From NCBI GenBank assembly GCA_965203055.1, contig OZ241863.1, forward strand, positions 4,493,820 through 4,557,819: a stretch of 64,000 bases of DNA, read 5' to 3'. The stretch is from Spirochaetia bacterium (GTDB lineage: Bacteria > Spirochaetota > Spirochaetia > SZUA-6 > Bin103). Below, in pieces: positions 50,683 through 59,996 of the stretch (position 1 is the first letter of the stretch; every line of letters begins with the position of its first letter). Under the pieces are notes generated by a model. It worked only from the letters and a program-made list of their open reading frames with translations. It searched no databases and was not told the DNA's origin. The position numbers and the translations under genes were made by a program.

Positions 50683-53610
50683 ATGTCAAGCAAGCGTCCT
50701 CAAGCGCCGCCGCCGGAAGAACGGCACTACAAGATCGGGACCCTCAACAAGTGGTTCGCGATCGGCAGCATCCTGCTCCTGATCACCATCGTCGCCGCGT
50801 TCGCCCAGGACTACGGGCGGGAGTGGAAGCGCTGGCAGCGCCAGTTCCGGCGCGTCGACCGCGAGGTCACGCGCGGCGCGTACGACGAGATGGCGGCGCA
50901 GATGGAAGAGAGCGCCGAGCTGGCGCGGGCGCGGGAGCAGGTGGCCGCGGCCGAGGAGGCGTTGCGCGCCCGGCAGGACGAGGTGCGCGCCGCGGAGCGC
51001 GAGGCGGACCGCCTGCAGGCGCGCTTCGATATCGTCAACTCCCGCTTCCAGAACGTGAAGGCGCAATTGGAACGCGCCCGCTACCGCGACGAGCAGGCCG
51101 CGGCCGGCACCGAGGGCCTGGGCCTGCGGCGCGACCGCACCGCCGGCGAGCTGCAGGGCTGGCAGGAAGAGTTCGCCAGCGCGACGGTAGCCCAGGAGGA
51201 GGCGCAGCTCGCACTGGATCAGGCGCAGGCGGCGCTGCGGGGATTCGAGGACGACGTGCGCGCCGCCACCCGGGCGCGCGATCAGGAGTCGCGCGAGGCC
51301 GACCTGTTGATGCGGCGGCTGGTGCGGATGGACCCGGAGTTCTCGCCGCTCGGCGTACAGATCGCCAACGTGATCCGCGACCTGCCGATTCTGGACCTGT
51401 CGCAGCCGACCCTGAAGGTGGAGCAGGTGGTGCTGGCCGACATCAGGGAGAACCTCAACTTCGCCCAGGTGCCGCGCGTGGACCGCTGCGTAACCTGCCA
51501 CCAGGGCGTGGACCGCGAGGATCTGGCCGGGATCGAGAACCCGCACGGGGCGCATCCCCGGCTGGACCTGTTCCTGGCCAGTGATTCACCCCATCCGCTG
51601 GAGGAGTTCGGCTGCACGAGCTGCCACGGCGGGCGCGGGCGCGCCACCGACTTCACGGGCACCGTGCACAGCCCCAACTCCGAGGATCAGCTCCACGACT
51701 GGGAGCGGCGCCTCGGCTGGGAGGAATACCACCTGTGGGAGGAGCCGATGCATCCGCTGCGCTACGCGGAGGCGGGCTGCTTCCAGTGCCACAGCGGCCA
51801 GGCGCAGATTCGCGGCGCGGAGAAGCTCAGCTACGGCCTGCACCTGATCGAGCAGGCGGGCTGCTACTCCTGTCACGAGATCGCGAGCTTCGCCGGCCAT
51901 CCCCAGCGCGGCCCCAGCCTGCGCAGCGTGGCCGACAAGCTCTCCCCCGAATTCGCGTTCCAGTGGATCAAGGATCCCGCCGGGTTCCGCCCCCAGACCT
52001 GGATGCCGGCCTACTTCGGCCAGAGCAACAACAGCGGCGCCGAGGCCGCGGCGCGCGCCGACCAGGAAGTGCTCGCCATCGTCAGCTACCTGTTCGCCAA
52101 CAGCGCCGGCTACGGGATGGAGGAGATTCCGGTGCGCGGCGACCCGGTGCGGGGCGAGGAGCTGGTGGCGTCGGTCGGCTGCATGGCGTGTCACCAGTCG
52201 CCCGAGGAGACCGTCGGCGCCAGTGAGCGCACGGTCAGCAGCCAGCAGGAGCTGCGCCGCCAGTTCGGCCCCAACTTCCAGGGCCTGGGCAGCAAGACCT
52301 CGGCCCAATGGGTCTACAACTGGCTCAAGGATCCCGCCGGCTACCACCCGGAGACCCGCATGCCCAGCCTGCGGCTGACCGATCAGGAAGCGGCCGACAT
52401 CACCGCCTACCTGATGGGCTCCACCGACGCGGCGTTCGCGGACCGGCCGGTGCCGGCGGTGGACGAGGCGGTCATCGACCGCATTGCGCTCGATTTCCTG
52501 TCCAACACGGCGCCGATGATCACCGCCCAGGAGCAGCTCGCGGTCATGGACCGCGGCCGGAAGCTGGAGTACGCGGGCGAGCGGCTGATTTCCCACTACG
52601 GCTGCTTCGCCTGCCATGACATCGCCGGCTTCGAGGACGCGCAGCCGATCGGCACCGCGCTCACCGATATTGGGCGCAAGGCGCTGCACCAGTTCGACTA
52701 CGGCTTCCTCGGCGACGAGATCGAGCACAGCCGCACCTCATGGTGGACCGCCAAGCTGTCCGACCCGCGGGTGTTCGACCGGCACCGCGACCTGGAGCCG
52801 CTGCAGCAGAGTCGGATGCCCAACTACCGCTTTACCGAGCAGCAGGTGGAGGCGATGGTGACGGCGCTGGCCGGCTTTGTGGAGGTCGATCCGCAGGTGA
52901 TCAAGCAGGTACCGCGCACGCCGCGCAACCTGCGGATAGAGGCCGGGCAGCATCTGGTGCGGCAGATGAACTGCCAGGGCTGCCACGTCATCGAAGGCGA
53001 GGGCGGCGCGGTGGTGGCGCAGGTCGCCGACTGGCTGGAACGGTTCGAGAACCGCTCCGGCGCCGATGCCGAGACCCTGGCGCCGAGCTTCTCGCCGCCC
53101 GACCTGCTGGGCGAGGGGCGCAAGGTGCAAACCGACTGGTTGTTCGGATTCTTCCACGAGCCATCGACCATCCGCCCGTGGCTGCGGATGCGGATGCCCA
53201 GCTACGACATGAACGCCGAGCGCCGCAACGCGCTGATCGCCTACTTCACGGCGTTGGACGACGCGGCCTACCCGTTCGCCGAGCAGGTGCAGCCGGAGCT
53301 GACGCAGGAGGAGCTGGACGCGGCCTTGACCATGTTCTCGCCCGAATACTTCAACTGCACCACCTGTCACATTCAGGGTGACCAGTTCCCGCCCGGCACC
53401 CCGGACCGCTGGGCGCCCGATTTCGGGCTGGCGGCGCAGCGGCTGCGTCCCGACTGGATCATCGACTGGCTGGCCGACCCGCAGTCGCTGATGCCCGGCA
53501 CCCGCATGCCGGCGTTCTACCCGCTCGGCGCCCCCGGCGTGCTGGACGGCGACACTACCCACCAGCTTGAGGTCCTGCGCGACTACCTGCTGACCCTGGA
53601 AGCGCCCTGA
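50683..53610 (+). CDS. Membrane-anchored octaheme cytochrome c with coiled-coil stalk
   Basis: N-terminal TM helix, long Glu/Gln/Arg/Ala helix, eight CxxCH (CVTCH, CTSCH, CFQCH, CYSCH, CMACH, CFACH, CQGCH, CTTCH). Confidence 0.93.
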   Translation: MSSKRPQAPPPEERHYKIGTLNKWFAIGSILLLITIVAAFAQDYGREWKRWQRQFRRVDREVTRGAYDEMAAQMEESAELARAREQVAAAEEALRARQDEVRAAEREADRLQARFDIVNSRFQNVKAQLERARYRDEQAAAGTEGLGLRRDRTAGELQGWQEEFASATVAQEEAQLALDQAQAALRGFEDDVRAATRARDQESREADLLMRRLVRMDPEFSPLGVQIANVIRDLPILDLSQPTLKVEQVVLADIRENLNFAQVPRVDRCVTCHQGVDREDLAGIENPHGAHPRLDLFLASDSPHPLEEFGCTSCHGGRGRATDFTGTVHSPNSEDQLHDWERRLGWEEYHLWEEPMHPLRYAEAGCFQCHSGQAQIRGAEKLSYGLHLIEQAGCYSCHEIASFAGHPQRGPSLRSVADKLSPEFAFQWIKDPAGFRPQTWMPAYFGQSNNSGAEAAARADQEVLAIVSYLFANSAGYGMEEIPVRGDPVRGEELVASVGCMACHQSPEETVGASERTVSSQQELRRQFGPNFQGLGSKTSAQWVYNWLKDPAGYHPETRMPSLRLTDQEAADITAYLMGSTDAAFADRPVPAVDEAVIDRIALDFLSNTAPMITAQEQLAVMDRGRKLEYAGERLISHYGCFACHDIAGFEDAQPIGTALTDIGRKALHQFDYGFLGDEIEHSRTSWWTAKLSDPRVFDRHRDLEPLQQSRMPNYRFTEQQVEAMVTALAGFVEVDPQVIKQVPRTPRNLRIEAGQHLVRQMNCQGCHVIEGEGGAVVAQVADWLERFENRSGADAETLAPSFSPPDLLGEGRKVQTDWLFGFFHEPSTIRPWLRMRMPSYDMNAERRNALIAYFTALDDAAYPFAEQVQPELTQEELDAALTMFSPEYFNCTTCHIQGDQFPPGTPDRWAPDFGLAAQRLRPDWIIDWLADPQSLMPGTRMPAFYPLGAPGVLDGDTTHQLEVLRDYLLTLEAP

Positions 53611-53745
53611 TACTCCCGCCACCGGGGCCTCGCTACGCCCGGTTCGTGACGGCTCACGTCCCGGATCGGGCGCAACGGCCATGCTGACGGACGGTAGCGC
53701 CGTTAGGACGGCCGCCCATGGCGGCAAGGCGCGGAGACAACGCCG

Positions 53746-55011
53746 GTGTTGAAGAAACTGACCGTCGAGCGCTTCAAGTCGATTCGCCACGCAGAGGTAG
53801 AGTTGGGCAGAGTCAACCTGTTCATCGGCGGGAACGGCGCCGGTAAATCCAACATCCTGGAGGCGATAGGGGTACTGTCCGCTTCTGCTGATCGAGGCGT
53901 GAAAGACACTGACCTGAGCAGCAAGGGAGTGCGAATTACGCCGCCCGAGTTGATGAAGTCGGCGTTCAAGAACCACGATCTTCCGAGAACGCTGCAGCTC
54001 ACCGCCGAACTGGAGCGTGACGTTACGTACCGCATCAATCTCACCGGGAAGGAAGACGACCCGCTGTTGGCGTTCTTCAGCGAGAGCTGCACACATGGAC
54101 CGGAGAAGATATTCGGCCGCGGCCCCAACGGAGTACAAGTGCTGGGGACGAGCGTCCAGCGCAACTTGGACCGGCATCGCAGCCTCTGGGATCAAGTCCG
54201 TATGGCCCATGATTTTCCCGATGCGGTAGAGTCGGCCCTGATTGGTCTTTCGCAATACGCAATCTATGCTCCGCAGACCGATTTCCTGCGAGGTACGGTA
54301 TCGGGGAAGGTGGATACGCCTCCGATCGGATTGCATGGCGAAGGGCTGCCTCATGCCGTGGACCATCTCCTCGGACAATGGAGGAAAGCAAAAACCGAGA
54401 AATCGTCAGCTTTTCAGATCAAGGACCGGGCGACTGATCTTCCGTTTCTGCCGGGGTGGGCCAGCACGGTACAGGTGGGAAGAATCGACAGATCACTGGC
54501 CTCCCGGGCCTTGCTGAATCAGGGAGATGACATGGTGTATTTCCTTGACAAGTATATGCATCGCAGGCGGCAGACGCTGTCCGTCTACGATAGCAGTGAA
54601 GGTACTCTCTTCCTCCTTTTCGTTGCGGTTCTGCTCGCGCATGACGATTCGCCAGAGATATTCGCTCTTGACAACGTGGATAATGCCTTGAATCCGCGGA
54701 TGACCAGAGTTCTTCTCGAAACCATTATAGGGATTACCAAAGAGTCGTCCGATAAGGGATTGATCTGTGGACCGCGGCAGGTGTTTCTCACCAGCCATAA
54801 TCCGACTTCGCTGGATGCGTTCGACCTGTTCGACGAGGACCAGAGGGTCTTCGTGGTAGAGAGGAACGAGGACGGCCACACGACCGTGACGCGCCTCAAG
54901 CCGCGCCAGGGAATGACGCGGGAAGAGTGGCAGCAAGCGAAGAACGGCCGCAATCTGTCTCAGCTCTGGCTGGATGACGAGATTAGAGGCGCCCTTGTCC
55001 CGGAGCTATAG
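53746..55011 (+). CDS. ABC/AAA_21-like ATPase
   Basis: FKSI, GGNGAGKSN, SEGT signature, LDNVDNALNP, LTSHNP; lower GC. Confidence 0.88.
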   Translation: MLKKLTVERFKSIRHAEVELGRVNLFIGGNGAGKSNILEAIGVLSASADRGVKDTDLSSKGVRITPPELMKSAFKNHDLPRTLQLTAELERDVTYRINLTGKEDDPLLAFFSESCTHGPEKIFGRGPNGVQVLGTSVQRNLDRHRSLWDQVRMAHDFPDAVESALIGLSQYAIYAPQTDFLRGTVSGKVDTPPIGLHGEGLPHAVDHLLGQWRKAKTEKSSAFQIKDRATDLPFLPGWASTVQVGRIDRSLASRALLNQGDDMVYFLDKYMHRRRQTLSVYDSSEGTLFLLFVAVLLAHDDSPEIFALDNVDNALNPRMTRVLLETIIGITKESSDKGLICGPRQVFLTSHNPTSLDAFDLFDEDQRVFVVERNEDGHTTVTRLKPRQGMTREEWQQAKNGRNLSQLWLDDEIRGALVPEL

Positions 55012-55747
55012 CACCTTGCGGGTCGGTGTTGTCTGCGAAGGTGCAACCGATGGGCCTGCTATCGCCAGTTTCTTGGGGGCGTCGTTGGCAGCTCGTGGGA
55101 TCGTATTGACCTTCGAGAAAATACAGCCGGATCCGGACGGAACCAATCCGACGGACGGCGGTTGGTTTGCCGTGTTGAACTGGCTTTTGGAGAATTCTCC
55201 GAAATCGAGATTGGAAAACTATTTGGCGGGCGGTCTATTTGGCAATGGCTTGTCCAAGAAGCGGTGTGATGTGCTAGTCTTTCAGATGGATTCCGACATA
55301 CTTTCAGAGCGTGGCTTCCAGAACTGGACCAGGGATACCCTTGGTTACGGTGTCATGGACTCGCATGATCCAATTCGACGAGGCAGCGAGATCAGGTCAA
55401 TTATCGGGATAGCAGGCAAATTCGAGAAACTCTCGGGCGAAGAATCGAAGCGGCACATTCCGGCACCGTCGGTCGAATCTACGGAAGCGTGGTGTGTCGC
55501 TGCGTATGGAAGGTTTGCCGGTGATCCTGAGCAGTTGAACGGATTGAATCTGTGCCAGGAATTCATGAGGGCGTTGCACCTATCCGAAGACCGCGTCCTC
55601 CAACCATTCAGGCAAATCGACAAGAATCCAGACAGACGACGTCGTTATTGCGAAAGGCATGCGGACGGATTTTGGCGTGTGGAGACGCAGTGCCGCCACT
55701 ACCGCGAGCTGGTTGCGTCTGTCACGAGCCAAGTCAAGTCGATCTGA
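54995..55747 (+). CDS. TOPRIM-like/DUF4276-like putative nuclease partner
   Basis: VVCEGATD, QMDSD, ESTEAW; overlaps ATPase stop; start uncertain (TTG 54995 after GAGG, or ATG 54974). Confidence 0.6.
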   Translation: MSRSYSTLRVGVVCEGATDGPAIASFLGASLAARGIVLTFEKIQPDPDGTNPTDGGWFAVLNWLLENSPKSRLENYLAGGLFGNGLSKKRCDVLVFQMDSDILSERGFQNWTRDTLGYGVMDSHDPIRRGSEIRSIIGIAGKFEKLSGEESKRHIPAPSVESTEAWCVAAYGRFAGDPEQLNGLNLCQEFMRALHLSEDRVLQPFRQIDKNPDRRRRYCERHADGFWRVETQCRHYRELVASVTSQVKSI

Positions 55748-55790
55748 GCTCGGGTCCCCGCGGGATCGTAGTTCCGTGCCGGTGTTCCGG

Positions 55791-56273
55791 TTATCGGCGG
55801 GTGTCGCCGGACCGGGCGCGCTGGGCGTCCTGTATTTCCGGCGGCCAGCGGCTCTTGATGTAGGCCAGTACGGCCCAGATGTCAGCGTCGTCGAGCACCT
55901 CGGCGTACACCGGCATGGCGCTCTTGAAGTTGGAACCGGCCACGGCGGCGGAGCCCCACTTGGTCACGTCGAACAGTACCTGATCGGAATGGTGCCAAGT
56001 GTGGCCGGATGCATCGTGGGGCGGCGCCGGCAGGGTGCCGTCGGCGTTCATCCGCCGCCAGTTGGGCTGGCCTTCGAGGTTGGCGCCGTGGCAGGCGGCG
56101 CAGCTTTGCTGGTAGACCACGGCGCCGCGCGCCACCAACTGCGGATCGGAGGCGTCCGCGCGGTCCGGCGGGCGGTTCTGCTGGGCCAACAACCCTATCA
56201 CGGCAAGAACGGCCGATGCGGTCAGAGCGGTCACGATCACGATGGTAAGAACACGGCTGTTGGTTCGCTTCAT
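55791..56273 (-). CDS. Exported monoheme cytochrome c
   Basis: Signal/TM helix, CAACHG, APPHDASGHTWHH, distal MP. Confidence 0.9.
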   Translation of the reverse strand: MKRTNSRVLTIVIVTALTASAVLAVIGLLAQQNRPPDRADASDPQLVARGAVVYQQSCAACHGANLEGQPNWRRMNADGTLPAPPHDASGHTWHHSDQVLFDVTKWGSAAVAGSNFKSAMPVYAEVLDDADIWAVLAYIKSRWPPEIQDAQRARSGDTRR

Positions 56274-56407
56274 TGTTTTGTTTCAGTGGTGGGTCGCCAA
56301 GCGCGGCGGCGCGAGGCCGGGCGATAGACGCCACCCTCCCTGGGGTATGATACTACGGCTGTGCGAAGACGGCCCGGATTCCTCCCAGCGGTAGACGAGT
56401 TCTGAGC

Positions 56408-58780
56408 ATGGCCAGCATTGACCCGGTGTGCGGCATGACCGTGGCGCCGGACGGCCCGCATCAGGTTCAGCACGGCGGCAGCACCTACCGGTTCTGCTCG
56501 GCAGGCTGCCAGGCTCGGTTCAGCGCGTCGCCGGAGCGCTACCTGCAGCACGAGCACGGCGCCGGCCAGCAATCGGAGCACTGCCACCATCAGCACGGGT
56601 CTGGTCCGCATCACCATCACCAAGGGGCTGGCTCGGCCGGACACGGGTCGGCTCCTGTTGCGGCGGTTGCCGGCAGCGCCGCGGCGGGGCGGTTTACCTG
56701 TCCGATGCACCCGGAGGTGGATGAACCCGGCGCCGGGGCCTGTCCGTCGTGCGGCATGGCGCTGGAGCCGCGCGCGGTTTCCGTTGCCGACGATGACGGC
56801 GGCGAGCTCGCCGCCATGTCCCGGCGGCTGGTGGTGAGTGCAATCCTCACTGGGCTGTTGATGGCGTTGCCGTTCTCGCCGGCGGCGACCCATCCCGCGT
56901 TCGGGTGGCTGCAACTGGCGCTGGCTACCCCCGTGGTGCTGTGGGGCGCCGCTCCCTTCTTTCAGCGCGCCTGGGCCTCCATCATCAACCGCAGTCTCAA
57001 CATGTTCACCCTGGTCGGCCTCGGCATCGCGGTCTCCTACCTCTACAGCGTGGCGGCGACGCTGGCACCCGGCGTCTTCCGTACCGCGGCGGCCGGGGCC
57101 GGCGCCGCGGTTGCCCTGTACTACTTCGAGAGCGCGGCTGCAATTACCACCCTGGTGTTGCTTGGCCAGGTGCTGGAGTTGCGTGCTCGGCGGCGCACCG
57201 GAGCGGCGCTCCGCTCGCTGCTGGAGCTGGCCCCTCCGACCGCCCACCGCCTTGACGAACAGGGCGGCGAGCAGGACGTGGCGCTCGACGCGGTCGCCGT
57301 CGGCGATCGACTTCGGGTGCGGCCCGGGGAGAAAGTGCCGGTGGACGGGGTCGTGGTGTCCGGTAGCAGCGCCGTCGACGAGGCGATGGTCACCGGTGAA
57401 GGCATCCCGGCAGCCAAACAACCCGGCGCGGAGGTGATCGGCGGTACGGTCAACGGCACCGGTGCGCTGGAGATCCGCGCCGCCAAGGTAGGCGCCGATA
57501 CCTTGCTGGCCCGCATCGTGCAGATGGTGGCGGAAGCGCAGCGCAGCCGGGCGCCGATTCAGCGCGTCGCCGACTCGGTCTCCGCCATCTTCGTGCCGGC
57601 GGTGATCGCCATTGCCGGCCTCACCTTCGCGGTGTGGATGATATTCGGTCCCGGCCCCAGCGGCGCCATCGCGCTGCTCAACGCCGTGGCGGTGTTGATC
57701 ATCGCCTGCCCGTGCGCCCTCGGATTGGCCACGCCGATGTCGATCATGGTAGCCACCGGGCGCGGCGCCGCGTTCGGCGTATTGTTCAAGGACGCCGCCG
57801 CCAGCGAACTGTTGAGCACGGTGGATACCCTGGTGGTGGACAAGACCGGCACCCTCACCGAGGGCCGCCCCCAGGTACAGCAGGTAATCGCCGCGGCGCC
57901 CACCAGCCGGCGCTCGCTGCTGCAGGCGGCCGCCGCGGTAGCGCTGGCCAGCGAGCACCCGCTTGCTGCGGCCATCGTGGCCGCGGCGCGGCAGCGCGGC
58001 TATCCGGTGTCGGCGGCAGCCGAGTTCGAGTCGTTTACCGGTCAAGGCGTCGCCGGCACGGTCGACGGCCGGGAGATACTGCTGGGAAGTCCTGCGTTCC
58101 TGGCTGCGCGCGGGGTAGCCACGGATCCGACACTCGACGAGGCCGCGGCGGAGCTGCGGTCGTCCGGCCACACCGTGGTGCAGGTGGCGGTCGCCGGCAG
58201 CGCGGCCGGCGCAATCGCCATCGCCGACGAGCTGAAGCCCACCACCCCGGCCGCACTGGCGCAGCTCCGCGCGGCCGGCATCGACCTGGTGATGGCCACC
58301 GGCGATAGCCGGATCACCGCCGAGGCGGTGGCCCGCCGGCTGGACATCCGGTCGGTCGTCGCCGAGGTGCTGCCGGAGCAGAAGGCAGCGGAAGTGGCGC
58401 GCCTGCAGCGCGCGGGCCGCGTGGTGGCAATGGCCGGCGACGGTATCAACGACGCGCCGGCGCTGGCGCAGGCCCAGGTCGGCATCGCCATGGGTACCGG
58501 CACCGACGTGGCGATGGAGAGCGCCGACATTACGCTGGTCCGCGGTGACCTGCGCGCCATCGCCCGCGCCCGGGCGCTGAGTGCCGCCACGCGCCGCAAC
58601 ATCCGTCAGAACCTGTTCCTGGCGTTCCTCTACAACAGCCTTGCCATCCCGGTGGCCGCCGGGGTGCTGTTTCCGCTGTTCGGCGTGCTGCTGAGCCCCA
58701 TGCTGGCGGCGGCCGCCATGAGCCTGAGCTCGGTGTCCGTGATCGGTAACGCGCTGCGCCTGCGCCGCGCGCGGTTCTGA
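56408..58780 (+). CDS. copA: Cu(+)-exporting P1B-type ATPase with YHS and heavy-metal-binding domains
   Basis: DPVCGM..FCS..C (YHS), His-rich linker, [35 protein letters not shown] and MxxSS. Confidence 0.93.
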   Translation: MASIDPVCGMTVAPDGPHQVQHGGSTYRFCSAGCQARFSASPERYLQHEHGAGQQSEHCHHQHGSGPHHHHQGAGSAGHGSAPVAAVAGSAAAGRFTCPMHPEVDEPGAGACPSCGMALEPRAVSVADDDGGELAAMSRRLVVSAILTGLLMALPFSPAATHPAFGWLQLALATPVVLWGAAPFFQRAWASIINRSLNMFTLVGLGIAVSYLYSVAATLAPGVFRTAAAGAGAAVALYYFESAAAITTLVLLGQVLELRARRRTGAALRSLLELAPPTAHRLDEQGGEQDVALDAVAVGDRLRVRPGEKVPVDGVVVSGSSAVDEAMVTGEGIPAAKQPGAEVIGGTVNGTGALEIRAAKVGADTLLARIVQMVAEAQRSRAPIQRVADSVSAIFVPAVIAIAGLTFAVWMIFGPGPSGAIALLNAVAVLIIACPCALGLATPMSIMVATGRGAAFGVLFKDAAASELLSTVDTLVVDKTGTLTEGRPQVQQVIAAAPTSRRSLLQAAAAVALASEHPLAAAIVAAARQRGYPVSAAAEFESFTGQGVAGTVDGREILLGSPAFLAARGVATDPTLDEAAAELRSSGHTVVQVAVAGSAAGAIAIADELKPTTPAALAQLRAAGIDLVMATGDSRITAEAVARRLDIRSVVAEVLPEQKAAEVARLQRAGRVVAMAGDGINDAPALAQAQVGIAMGTGTDVAMESADITLVRGDLRAIARARALSAATRRNIRQNLFLAFLYNSLAIPVAAGVLFPLFGVLLSPMLAAAAMSLSSVSVIGNALRLRRARF

Positions 58781-58834
58781 CTGCGCCGAGCGCATAAACC
58801 GCACGAGACCGCACGACGGTACAATACCGGTAAG

Positions 58835-59569
58835 GTGTTTGAGGTCAGGTTGCTGCCGACAACCAAGCTCGTGGCGTTCATGGTGCTGATATTGGCCGCG
58901 TTGGGCGCCGCGCCCGCGCCGGCGGAAGCGGCCGGGTGCCGGCCCGAGGGGCAGCGCGGCGCGGCGAGCGCGGAGTCCTGCGCCATTGCCGGGACCGACT
59001 ATCGCCTGGTGCGCGTCCGCACTACGGTACCCGGCACGGTCGGCGCGGCCATCGCGCTGTTGCGCGATTCGGCACGTTGCCCGGAGTGGCAGGCAATGTG
59101 CGCCGAAGAACGCTCCTTCCGGAACAGCGCCGGACACCGTTCGATTCGCCACCGGCGCAGCGGCAGCGGCTTTACGCGGCGCGTGCTGGTGAGCCGCAAT
59201 TCCTGGTGGAGATCAGGCAACGGCGGCGTCATCGTGGATCTGGTGGGCGCTGACCAGACCGCCGCGCAATTCGAAGGTACGCGCATCCTGTGCCTGCGGG
59301 AACGCTGGACGTTCATCCCCGGCGGCCGCGGCGGATTGCAGGTGATGGTCGAGCTGGTGAGCGATCCCCAGCCGCCGTTCGGGCTCACCGGAGCCGTCAC
59401 CGCAAGCAGCGCCCAGACCCTGCTGGAGACCCTGGACAATCTCGCCGTACGGCTCCGGTCCGCGTCCGCCCGTTCCAACGCGGCGCTCGACGCGCTGCCG
59501 CCCCTGCCCGCTCCGCTGCCCGACCTCGGCGCCAGCTTCGTCCGCTGCCAGAACGCCCGGCGCCGGTGA
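58835..59569 (+). CDS. Secreted hypothetical protein, possibly START/SRPBCC fold
   Basis: Signal-peptide-like N-terminus; CPEWQAMC, RVLV, WTFIP, SDP pattern reminiscent of START domains. Confidence 0.5.
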   Translation: MFEVRLLPTTKLVAFMVLILAALGAAPAPAEAAGCRPEGQRGAASAESCAIAGTDYRLVRVRTTVPGTVGAAIALLRDSARCPEWQAMCAEERSFRNSAGHRSIRHRRSGSGFTRRVLVSRNSWWRSGNGGVIVDLVGADQTAAQFEGTRILCLRERWTFIPGGRGGLQVMVELVSDPQPPFGLTGAVTASSAQTLLETLDNLAVRLRSASARSNAALDALPPLPAPLPDLGASFVRCQNARRR

Positions 59570-59585
59570 GAGGACGATTGAGGCT

Positions 59586-59984
59586 GTGGACGTAAGCCGC
59601 CTATGCGAAGACCTGCAGACAGGTATCGGACCATTGTTCACGTGCTCGGAGCAGGGCGAATACCTGCGCGTTCGTACCCCGTATCGGTATCCGGACGGCG
59701 ACTACATCGATCTCTTCTGTAAGGTAGACGGCGAGGTGTTCACGGTAAGCGATCTTGCCGAGACTACCGGATGGCTTCGTATGCAGTCGGCCACACTGCG
59801 CCGTTCGACCAGGCAGAGGCAGCTCATCGAGGATGCGTGCGCGACGCACGGCATAGAGTTCCACCGTGGGATGCTCCAAGCGCGATGCCGCGCCGTCGAG
59901 GAATTGGCACAGGTCGTCACACGGGTTGCGCAGGCTGCGTTACGGGTATCTGATTTGCGGTTCACGTGCGCCGATCCCCCTTAG
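59586..59984 (+). CDS. DUF1828-domain protein, probably C-terminally truncated
   Basis: VRTPYRYPDGDYIDLF, VSDLAET, AQAALRVSDL then early stop. Confidence 0.75.
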   Translation: MDVSRLCEDLQTGIGPLFTCSEQGEYLRVRTPYRYPDGDYIDLFCKVDGEVFTVSDLAETTGWLRMQSATLRRSTRQRQLIEDACATHGIEFHRGMLQARCRAVEELAQVVTRVAQAALRVSDLRFTCADPP

Positions 59985-59996
59985 GTCAGATCAGAG

